Assembly: GCF_009914755.1 (NCBI RefSeq)
Contig: NC_060926.1
DNA from: the human T2T-CHM13v2.0 reference genome, Homo sapiens
Strand: one strand, 5' to 3'
DNA: 64,000 nucleotides
Within the stretch, counting starts at the first letter, position 1, and every line of letters starts with the position of its first letter. The notes beneath the pieces are model-generated. The model was not told where the DNA came from. It did no database searches and saw only the letters and a list, made by a program, of their open reading frames with translations. A program made the position numbers and the translations under genes. Positions 32,191 to 43,316 of the stretch are shown in pieces.

Positions 32191-33206
32191 TAGCAGAACA
32201 ATTGGAAAGAAGAGAGTGAAGAAGGGGGAAAAAAAATCTGAATCTTCTCATCCATAAACCTTTTACATTTGAGTATGACACTTCACAAAATACTCATCCA
32301 GTGAATGTGGACCCAATTTACTGGAATGCAAAGACTGTCTACAGAGAAGGAATTCTCATTATTACAACTTATTTCTTAAGTATTAGCCTTCTGTCAAGTG
32401 CTCCAATGACCAAAGTTTGGGGATGCTGGCAAAATGACAATACTCAACAGAGGGCTTAACAGATTCGAAAGGATTGGGTCTATCTTAAGTAGGGTACCTT
32501 CTATTTGAGGAAATGATTTGTTTCCCAAAGGTAAGCTAAGATCAAATGCAAATCACATCTCCTGCATGGAGAGGCCATTTAAACTCCAGGCTGTGAATTG
32601 AAGCTGCTCCTTATGTGGCTTTACTCACAAAAACATGGTCTCCCAAAGAGGAGGGGCTATGCTGGACTCCTCTCTGCTGGCGCAGAGCCCAGACTGTGGT
32701 AGGATATATTTGCTTCTTAGGCAGCCTAACTATCCACATCTCTGTCCAAAGATAATTCATTTCAAATTCAATGTAGGTATATTGAATACTCATAATCTGT
32801 GCTAGATACCTGGGTAGGGTGTCTTTACATATGGTTTTGTTTTAAATTTGTTGCAACAGGGTTTACTTGGATTACAGAACGGGAACACCTAGTGCTATTC
32901 AGAAAGGATCACTAGATTCCACGGGGTGGAGAGTCTATATAGGAATTGGGAGAGGAGCAGGGAAGTACCAGAAAAACTCAGGAATATCTTCCTGCCTGAT
33001 TTTGAGAATATTAATAAAAAAGAAGCATTTTCAAAACCTAGCACATGCCCTTCCACAGTGACCTTGCTCATGTGGGTCATGGCCTTCACCTGAGATCAGC
33101 CAAATTCTGTAGACAGACATGGCAGAGGCTGAAAGAGATATCAAAGGGATGGAGAGGAATTTATGGTTTTGTAACATACAAACCAAGAGGCTCTTTCTGA
33201 TGTGGG

Positions 33207-33782
33207 TATAACAGTGAAAAGGAGGCCTAACATGGCTAACTCCATGTTGCTCCTGACCCCCAACTCTCACCATCTGCGATGATATCTTTTAGGTTAACTG
33301 TTCTTGCTTATCTCTGCACATAGGCCAAATGAACTATGGGGGGAGTTAAGTTTATAGTTTAACTCTAAGACAAGGATGAGAATAGTCCCTTCCTAAAACT
33401 AGCCCTCAAAGAGATAAGGAGCATACACACAAGTAATAATGTTTTTCTAATGATTTACAGAAGCACTGTGGCCTGACCAAGGGCAAAGAAGTTATGCAAC
33501 CCTTTTAGACTCCTGCTGATGCCCAAACATTTGTGGTCACCTGCCACCTCCTAACCTCAGCCGCCTCCTTTTTCCCCCTTCCCAATATAAAAAGAAGCTT
33601 GAGATTTATGCCCTTTAAGGTGGTTCTTTAGGACATTAGCCCACCATCTTCTCAGATTGCTGGCTCCCTGAAATATTATGGGGACATCTTCCATAATGGG
33701 GCATCTTCCTTGCCCCAACACCTTGTCTCTTGACTTACTGGCTGTCGTGCGGTGAGTGGTGCGAGCTTTGGACTCAGCTACA
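33207..33782 (+). mobile_element. ERV1 solo LTR (MER66/LTR8-like, MER4 group)
   Basis: tataacagtgaaaaggaggcctaacatggctaactcc...tataaaa...gctttggactcagctaca; 4-bp TSD tggg/tggg. Confidence 0.82.
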
Positions 33783-36059
33783 TGGGAAGCTACCTTCTCC
33801 CAACTCCCTGGGATAATACTTGGCACCCCATGAACAAACAATTCTAACTTGGACTCTCAAAGGCCAATCTCAAGGGGTGACAGGTGCTTCTTCTTACCCA
33901 ACTATCCTAACTATCAAAATCAAAACAAAATCAAATAATCAGAAAAACAGACACTGTCAAATGGATCTTCCAATAAAAATGAGTGAACATAGAATATTCA
34001 ACCCTGTGCCTTGCATAAAGGATCCCTACCACCACCCCCCCGCCACCCTTGTAAGAGAAGACTCTCTTCCTAGCTATTTTGAGACCTTGTGGCAAAACGC
34101 CATCTCCTAGAAGATTTCCTGTCGCTACTGTTGTCATTCTGAGGAGCTGCCTCACACTGGACTGGTCAACCTGTCCTCTCATCCACTCCTCTTCTTTCTC
34201 CATTTCCCTCTTAAAAATAGAAATGATAAAAGGCACTCATATTTGCAGAGTCTTGGAATAGCATAACTCAGAGAAACCACTGAGGTCATTATGCGTGAGG
34301 AATTGCAGGCCTCAGGAAGGGAGGGGGTATCTCAGGTTCCACTCAGAGGTGGAGGGAGGCTGAGCCACTCTTGTCATCTTTCCGTTGTTGCTTTATTTTT
34401 AGTGTGTTTGTGTGGCCACAACTTGGTTCCTGCATGGTTATTTTCTAGGGTTCAATCTGAGAGGACCCCTGTGTTCTCTTGCTTTATTACAGAGAGACTG
34501 GGAACCCAGGCTTGCAGGCCAGTTATAACCAGGGCATTCACTAGAATACCCTTAGGGGTAACAGCACAGCAAGTGACTTGAGGTAGCTTTCAGAAAAAAG
34601 CAGAACAAAAAATAATATCGACAATAACCACAGCTTCCATTTGCCAATTGCCTACTCTGTACAGACACGGAGCTGGAGAAGGGACTAATGTACAACTCTA
34701 GGTGACAACGTGATATGGTGCCCTTTGGGGTCATGAAGTGACATTGCCCTCTGTGGCAGAAGATTTACTATATTCTCACTTAACCCTTCCATAAATGCTA
34801 GGAAAGATTACTGTGCCAATTTTTGCAAATGACAAAACTGAAGCAAAGAAGATCTAAGAGCAAGGACATAAAGACCCTAACTGGTGGAACTGAGATTTGA
34901 ACTCGGGTCTTCCGGCGTTAGCTTCCTACTGGTGAGCACGGAAGGGCAGGAAGATGGATACATATACATCCCAAGACCCTGCTTAGTGTTTAGCAAGCCC
35001 AAAGGAAGCTCACAGTTATTGAGGGGAGGCCGGTGGAAAGGAAAGGGGAACAGAGGAGTGCTAGAAACCAGGTATCAAGCAGGTGGATTATGGAAAAGCA
35101 ATCTCAGATAGCCACAGCAGCAGAGAATAACAACAGCAGAGCCTAAACAAACAAGAAGAGCCCTTGGGATCCACTTTTTCATGAGGTTCTTCAGTGGAGC
35201 ACTCCTGAGGTAGTGGCCAAGCTCTCCTAATCACCAGCCACCACGTTGCCCTGGGCAAGGCTTGTCACAAAGAAGAGCAGGGCCACAGACAAAGGCAGCC
35301 AGCCTCACCTCGCCTCAGCACACTGCACAGCAGCCATCTAATAGCACCCTGCAAAACTGACAGATTGTTCCTCTCAACATAAACTCTGCTTCACTCCTAA
35401 AAGGATTTTATTACCTCTCGCATAGGAGTTTGATATTGGCGAGATTAAATTAACACAGTTAAAAAAGGGAGGAAAGAAAAAGAAGAGAAAAGAAAGAGAA
35501 ACCCTATGGGCAGGTGAGGGGACTGCTATTAGCACTCAGAGCTTTGTGGGACAGCACCTGTCAGCTCTTACTTCTTCGAGTGACTCTCCCAGTGTGTCAA
35601 GCTGTGGAAGGTCTCCAGGAGATGCTCCGTATGAGAGGTTAAGGCTGGTTGAGTGACAAACTTACAGGGACAAAAGCCGGGACAGGATGCCATGTGAAGT
35701 TTGGAGCCAGGGCCACCCACCCAGGGTCACCCTGCCTGGATCACTTTATGAGCGGTCCAATTTATTTCTGCATGTTCGCGAGGGCCATTCACCATGGCCA
35801 AATCCTAGTTAGTCATTAAAGAGGTCCACATGATTTGATTGGCCACAACAGGCTTAGTCTAGGCATCTTGGGTTTACACCGAGTTTGCCAGAACTTCCAG
35901 GAGGGGCTGCTAGCCTGCCTCATTTTATTTAAGATGCTAACAATAGTAGCAACATCAATTTGCTGCACCCCAAAACAAGAAATAAGAAGCTCTGCATATA
36001 CTGATTCGGGTCTGCATGGAACTTTGATGATAGTTGGGAGTAGGGTATCCCAAGTACAC

Positions 36060-36625
36060 TCATGTGTTGTTAAGAAGTGAACTCTAGACAGTCAAAGGAA
36101 CCAAGGCAAGAATGTGGGAGAACAAATTGTCACATACATGGCCGGTAGGAACATACATTGGTTGGAGATTTCTGGAGGAAAATTTGGCAAAAACCTTGAG
36201 ATTTGGCAAAAATCCTAGCCTCAGCAATTAAAACCCAAATTTAGTGGAAATGATTATGGAAGTGAATAAAAATGTATTTTCCAAAATATTATAGGAAATA
36301 TTGATTGTAATGGCAAAAGATAATTGGAAACAGCTTAAAAAGGAGAATAGTTAAATGAACTAATTCATGCATATAATGAGAATGGGAGATAAGGTTGAAG
36401 GAAAGTAATTAATGACCTGGGAGATGATCATCATATATATCTACATAATAAATAAAGCCACAAAACAGAATGCAATATGATATATAAACCATGTATGTAA
36501 ATATATACAAAGAAAAAAAACTGAAAGAATAAGCATCAAAACATTAAATGTAGAAATCTTTAAGTCATAAGCTATGAGTAATTTTCTGTTTATCTTCATT
36601 TTCTTAATTTTCTACAATGAATATG
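36060..36625 (+). mobile_element. Old L1M (L1ME-like) 3' fragment
   Basis: A-rich degenerate L1 3' end (tttctggaggaaaatttggca...attggaaacagcttaaa...attttctacaatgaatatg). Confidence 0.6.
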
Positions 36626-38872
36626 TTAGTTTTGTCAACTTAAATTATATAATTGATTTTTTATTTTTTTATGTTTTAAGATTCAAGGAACTCTGGGGTG
36701 GTGCTCTATGTAAATGAAGAAGTCACAGTGCAGGAGGGATCTTTAAGAAAAGCCAGCTGTTCTCAACAACCAAAGGCAACACAGACCAGGTAACACCTTT
36801 TGGTTGTCTTACTGGGCGTCAGCATTCTTGCAGCATTTAGGATTTGATAGATACTCCATCCTTGTTGACAGATTATTAATGTCTTCTAGAAAGAGTAAGA
36901 TCATATGACTAGGCCCCAGAAATACTGGCCTTTCCAAGAGCCAAGAAGCAGCTTCTGCCAGTGTTTTCCATCTCATTCCAGTCGCTCATAAATGGGCAGG
37001 GGTCAAGTCCATATTCTCCACATCCCCAGACCTGTCCTGTGCTTGGCACTTAGTACATATTCAAGTATTCTCTTGAATTGACACAGCTTTTGTCTACTCT
37101 CTGTTTCTAGCAGGGGTAATATTTGGAAGACTCTTGCCTTCAGACAGGAGGTTCACAATCACACAATATCATTAACTTATTGCTTCACCTGAAAAAGTTT
37201 TATAAACTTTGCATGCTTGCTCCTTTTGGGGTATCATTGCACAGACTCCCCGAAACCATTCCCAAGGTGCATCTGGCCACGTTTCCACTCTCCAAGAGAA
37301 GAAAAAAAATAAAGCAATTATCTGGACAGTTCAGGTAAAATGTAAGCCTTCTTCTGAACTCCCTTTCTAGTCTAAATCCCATTCCGTTTCTAAGAAAGCA
37401 TTTTCCTGATTCATTCTGCTATATTTTCTCAATTCCAAGTTTAGTTTCAGAGAAAGCTCAGCCTATTAGCGTTAAATACTAGGCTTGGGGATGTGTGTAC
37501 CTTGTGCCATCTCTTGGAGGAATATTTTACCATGAAAAATGGACTTTAATAACAGAACATTGAGAGAAATGACACAGAGATGATTTACCAGCGTATATAC
37601 TGAGATATATTAAATTGCAGACAGTTTGGGTGAGACTCTGAGCCTTAAATGAAACATCCAATATCTGTACCAGCACACAGCAAAAGTGACTGCAGAAAAG
37701 CAAAAACACAGAGACATCCATATGTCACTGGGAGCAGCAGGGCCCCCGCCCTCTTCAGAAATGGCTCTGCAGTGGGTTTCTGCCTGGCTGCGGAGCACTG
37801 AACTGAAAAAGTGGTTAATTAATGAAAAACTTAAAATTCAAGCAATGAAATTACCTTTTGCAGTGACTGACAAAGGCACTATAAATAATTCAATCTCTCT
37901 CACAGTTGATTGAACAGAGTGCCTTTCCTCTTTTGACAACGGCATAGTGACATTTTTTCTTTCCATTGCCACATTCTGTAGTGGCTACAACAAGTGTCAC
38001 TGCCGAAATCTAGCTAGGGAACTGACAAGGGGCAGTGAAAACCTAATTGAGAGCCGGCTGCAGTCAGGAATTCAAATGTCTAGTGTGCTTTCAGGTGGGT
38101 GACTCAAAGTGTAGGGAGGGCAGGCTTTTCAAGTCGAGAGTTCTTTAGGGGTCCCTGGAACTCCACACCCACTCCAGAAGGGGAAAAACCTGGGTACCAG
38201 ATTGTCTCCCTTCCCTCCCCTGCTCTGTAAGCTCACTAACTGCAGAACCTCCAAAGTGCAGGAAGGAAGAGAAAGCATGGGTGTGGGTTCGGTTAGCAGA
38301 GGTGGTCAAAGAAGGGGAAAGAACTAACTGGAATCTGAGAGAAGCTCTTCTCCCCTTTGGGGTCCTGTTTTGTCATCTATAAAGATGCTGTGTGTTGCCA
38401 GTGTTTTCTCAGTGGGACTAGGTGGAAAAACAATCGCTTGGCAGTGGTGTCGCCATGGGCAATGACAGCACTTTGAACTGACCCTTGTGTATGGTCTGTA
38501 GGAGGGGCTGACAGTGCACTCCCTAAAGTTATGCTGGGTCTCTCCACCTTTTACCTTGGGTGGGACGGGGCGGGGGATGAGTCTTTCTTTTCAGACCTTA
38601 GCCTTGGCTCTCTGCAGTACCCCTGTTTCCATCCAAAGAGGAAGGCCAGAGACTGAGCACCCAGAGGGCTTCCAATCACATGCCACATTGCCCCACCAGC
38701 AAGCCCTCTGGGCACTGACTGTTAACTTGAACCTGCCTATGGCTTAAACTGCTTGAATTTATCCAACCTGTGAGGCTCATCATCCTGCCCGTCTCAAGGA
38801 ATTTTGCAAGTTTCCTTTCATTCACCCTTAGAGCATGGGGTTGGAAATCAAATAGCCTGACTTTCTATAATT

Positions 38873-38915
38873 ACAGCAACAGCTGCAGCAGGAGCAGCAG
38901 CAGCAGCAGCAGCAA
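38873..38915. repeat. Interrupted (CAG)n with six pure units at 38895-38912
   Basis: Seen directly. Confidence 0.9.
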
Positions 38916-40861
38916 TGATTAACACCTAGTGAGCCCTTCCAGTGCCATTCTGCATCCTTACATAGCCAAGTAATCCCATCTGTATCCCTAATAATGCATT
39001 ACTTGGGTAAATCACTTAATCTCAGTTTCCTTGTCTATAGAATGGGTTGGATACTTACATGTACCTTGTAGGTGGGTAATAATGAATGGGAAAGTACCTA
39101 ACACAGAATATGACTCAAAGAACATGCCCAGTAAATGTGACTTTCTTTCCCTTTTCTTCCCCCCCCAGTGAGGTCCAGAGACAGTGTCTCCTTTTACAGA
39201 TGAGGACGTGGCAGCACATGAAAACTGATAGGGTTTCTTGGCCATCACTCAAACAATCAAAGGGCACCAGAGGGCTCTGGTGGGGTGGTGCTGATTCCAC
39301 CATCAACTGACTAACATGATTATTCTACTAGGGTATTCCCTTCAGTCCCTAGCACAGATCCTGGGCAAGCAGGGATCCCTGCTTTCCAGTTGAAAGTTCT
39401 TCAGGGGTCCCTGGAACCCCACATCCACTCTAGGAGGGGAAGAACCTGGGTTCCAGGTTGTCCCCCTTCCCTCCTCTGCATTATAAGCTTGCTGATCACA
39501 GAGCCTCCAGCTCAGGTCCTGCTTGCCCAGGCTCAGAGCTCCAGAGGAAAGGGAACACCCTAGTAGGATAAGAAATGATAAGAAATGACCCCAGGCCTGA
39601 AGGAACCACCTGCTTAATTGGGGAGTAGCCTAACACTGTGGAAACAACTAGCAAAGTCTCCTTAACAACAGAGCTTCTGGGTAGAGTTTATCCTTCATTC
39701 CTAAGGGAGGCTATTTAGGATTATTTATTTCTCATTAGACTCTCTAGGGCATGCTAAGAGCTGCACAATTAAACTCCTTATATCAAGGAAACAACTATTA
39801 AAACCTAGGATTCTAATGGATTTCTAAAAAGAAAGAGAAGATAAAGAAATAGGAGTGATCAATGCTCCGGATGTCACAAAGACACTGGACTTGGAAGATG
39901 ATGTTTTAGGAAAAGAGTTGATAAGTGTGTATGTAGTCATCTGTGCCTATGAAGTTGGCTTAATTTTTAGGGCCTGTTTTCCAAGGAAGCTTGGCAGGTG
40001 TGCCCAGGTAGGACCGACAGTGCTCAAGAATGTTAAAATTCTGGGAGAGCTGCATGGGAAGAGGGAAACATTAGAACAGAAAGTGTTCAGAGATTCTGGA
40101 TTGTGAGGGATTGTAAGGGTCAAACAGCCTGAGACACAGGGTCTCACCCTAAGATAGAAACAGGGTCTGCAGGAGCAGGCTCTGAGGCTGAGTCCTGGGA
40201 GAACATTTCTCTCTCTTAGAACTTGTTAAATGCCAGCTCTAGGGCAAGGATCCTCAAAGCCTCTGACGGGCATAGCTTATCTCTTTTAGACGTTTCGCTC
40301 TCTCGACAGTAAAGCTGGCTGGTCAGGAGTGATTTTGATGAAAGCAGGGTTCCCTGGCAGAGGGCTTCCTTGTGCAGAGTGCAGATGGCGAACATTTTAT
40401 CCAACCAGGGCTCATCAGCAAAGCAAAACTTTTATTTACCTGTTTCTGAGAAAGGAATTAGACACTGTTCTCTCAGCAGCCTTTTAAACTAGAAGCAGGA
40501 AACACAAAATCTTTTCAAATACTTATAACAAATAATAAAATCTGTTTATATTATGGATAATTACAGAGCAGAGACTCAGGGAGAAAGGAAGGAGAAAAAG
40601 GAGGGGGAAGAAAGAGTTGGAGGAGAGAAAAATAGACATAAAGAAACATAGGAAGAGCCCACAGTCCTGGAGGGAGATAGTGGAGGGGGCACCTTACCAT
40701 GTGTTCTCTCTCCCTGTTTGTGAAAGATGAAAATGAACAGCTTTGCAGAGAGAGCTAAGGACACCTAAGGGGCCACAAAGAAGTCAGAGATAAACTCTCA
40801 GGGGCACCTAGAGACCTACAGAGAGGGGCTCAGCCACACACAGAGGTAGTTTATAGACTAG

Positions 40862-41532
40862 TGATGTGGTTTGGTTCTGTGTCCCCACCCAAATCTCATC
40901 TCCAATTGTAATCCCCACATGTCGAGGGAGGGACCTGCAATCCCCACGTGTCAAGGGAGGAGGTGATTGGATCGTGGGGGAAGTTTCCCCTGTGCTGTTC
41001 TTGTGATAGTGAGTTCTCACAAGATCTGATGGTTTTATAAGAATCTGGCATTTCCCCTGCTATTGTGAAGAACATCCTTGTTTCCCCTTTGCTTTCTGCC
41101 ATGATTCTAAGTTTCCTGAGGCCTCCCCAGTCATGTGGAACTGTGAGTCAATTAAACCTTTTTCCTTTATAAATTACCTAGTCTTGGCTCATATCTTTTT
41201 TTTTTTTTTTTTTGAGATGTTGTCTCATTTTGTCGCCCAGGCTAGAGTGCAGTGGCATGCTCTTGGCTCACTGCAACCTCCGTCTCCTGGGTTCAAGCGA
41301 TTCTTCTGCCTCAGCCTCCTGAGTAGCTCAGACTACAGGTGTGCACCACCGTGCCTAGCTCATTTTTGTATTTTTAGTAGAAACGGGTTTCACCATATTG
41401 GCCAGGCTGGTCTCGAACTCCTGACCTCGTGATCCACCTGCCTCGGCCTCCCAAAGTGCTGGGATTACAGGTGTGAACTAGAGCACCCCGCTGGCGAGTA
41501 CCTTTATAGCAGTGTGAGAACAGACTAATACC
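40862..41532 (+). mobile_element. THE1D-like solo LTR interrupted by an Alu
   Basis: tgatgtggtttggttctgtgtccccacccaaatctc...gaactgtgagtcaattaaacc...[Alu]...gagaacagactaatac. Confidence 0.9.
41196..41491 (-). mobile_element. AluS
   Basis: Poly-T followed by reverse Alu body. Confidence 0.95.
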
Positions 41533-41929
41533 ATGAGAATATCTGCAAACACAAAGAAAGCCCAGGTGAAGAATGGGCTGAGCCTTGCTAGACTGAGGGA
41601 TGAAAAGACCAAGAACCAATGTTAGGGAAAGGAGCTCAGCTCCCTGGAGGCAACGCTTAACTTTGTATCCTGCAAGGTGGGAAGTCAAGTCACATTTTCA
41701 AGAATCTAAGGCCTGTGTTGAGTATCATTTCCAAATTGTGGCACTTGAGGGTATCTCTGCTGATGTCACTTAAAGCCATTTTGGATTTGTTTATCCTGAA
41801 TTAGTTATGAAGATTTCTTTTCTTGGAAATTGCCAGGTGAGGCATATTTGTGGAGAGGTCTTGAGCCCTGGAAGGAGACGTCAGCGTTGTGGGCCATTCA
41901 GAAACATGGTCGGCCACCGTTTAAATGAA

Positions 41930-42340
41930 ACGTTTCAGACTTCAGGATTGAACTCAAACTCCTCAGCTTAGTAAGCAAGGTCCTAGGGAAGCAGCACACT
42001 TCTTGCAGTCTGGTCATACTGATGGCTCAGTTCCTGAGCACGCCTGGCTCTCTTGTGCCATGGCGACTTGTCACTTGCCCTGCATGCCTGGTATGCCCCC
42101 CTGACCTTGTGTGCCAGGAAAATCCATCCCCTTTGTGGCGCCTATCTGGGTGGTTATTATATTCTCATAGCAGCCTCTATTTCCTCACCAGAGCACCTCC
42201 CACAAATTTAACACAATAACCTTTAGCGTCTATGATCCCCTTTCTACTGTCATCCCTTAAAGGTGAGGACCATGCCTGCCTGTTCTTCAGCTCCAATCCC
42301 CACGCCTCTCAAAACATGGGAGCTGAACAGATGAATGAAG
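41930..42340 (+). mobile_element. L2 fragment
   Basis: ttcaggattgaactcaaactcctcagc...gaacagatgaatgaa. Confidence 0.55.
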
Positions 42341-42923
42341 ACTTCTCTCAAATATTTTGTCTTGGGAAAATGCCCCTCATCCACCCATTCCTTCAGTCTG
42401 TAGGAGGGGCCTCTTCCTCCCCTCCCCACTATGTCCAGTGCATTCCTTCACGCAGCCCTGGACAGCGGGATTGTGGTGGTCCACGCATCTCTGTGGCAAG
42501 CATTCTGTGGTGTCTCTCTGGAGCACCAGGCCCCCAAGACAACACTGTCCTCCTCAGGCCCTGGCTTCTGAGCTCACCATCCCGTCTCTAGTTCCAAAGC
42601 AGTTTTTACCAAGGGAACTCAATTTCTGGGTAAGCTGCAGGGAAACTAGGATATCTGCCTGGCTTCTCTTTTCCTGATGAACTTCTACAGCTCCCTCCTT
42701 TCTCTCCCTCCCCTTACTTGTAAAACAAGACTGTGGCTCCCTGAGAACTGGGCTGGATCTGACTTCTAGAGCATCCCTCAGAGCACCCAGCTGCTCCATA
42801 AACACCTGATGGCTGATTACCTGTTGCTTGATGCAATTTCATGATATAGTTATGCGTTGGTTTGGTCACTCCTTCAACAATTATTTACTAGGCACCTGCT
42901 CTGTGCCAGCCACTGATTTGGAT

Positions 42924-43316
42924 CAGAGGTCCGTCTGCAAAGTATGGCATCAAGGCCAAATCCAGTCTAACACCTGTTTTTGTACAGCCCATGGGTAAGA
43001 ATGTTATATGCTTATCTTTTGCATTTGTAAATGGGTTTAAAAGCAAACAAAAGAAGACTATTTCTTAAAATGTAAAAAAAATTTTTTGAGACAGGATCTC
43101 ACTCTATTGCCCAGGTGACATGTAAAAATTATATGAAATTCAAACTTCAGTGTCCACCAAAATTTTACTGGAACACCGTCAGGCCCATTCATACACGTAT
43201 CATTCATGTATTATTCGTACTACTATGGCAGAGTTTAACAGCTGCAACAGAGAGCGTGCGGGCCACAAAACCTAAAATATTTACTATCAGGCCTTTTACA
43301 AAAACAGCCAACTCCT
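42924..43316. mobile_element. MER58B hAT-Charlie element containing a 34-bp Alu remnant (43082-43115)
   Basis: ggccaaatccagtc...cctgtttttgtacagccc...aaattcaaacttcagtgtcc...cctaaaatatttactatc. Confidence 0.82.

Noticed and set aside
40910-40960. Internal aatccccac...agggagg duplication in the THE1D LTR
   Set aside because: I recall this as a variant shared by other THE1D copies, so probably not locus-specific.
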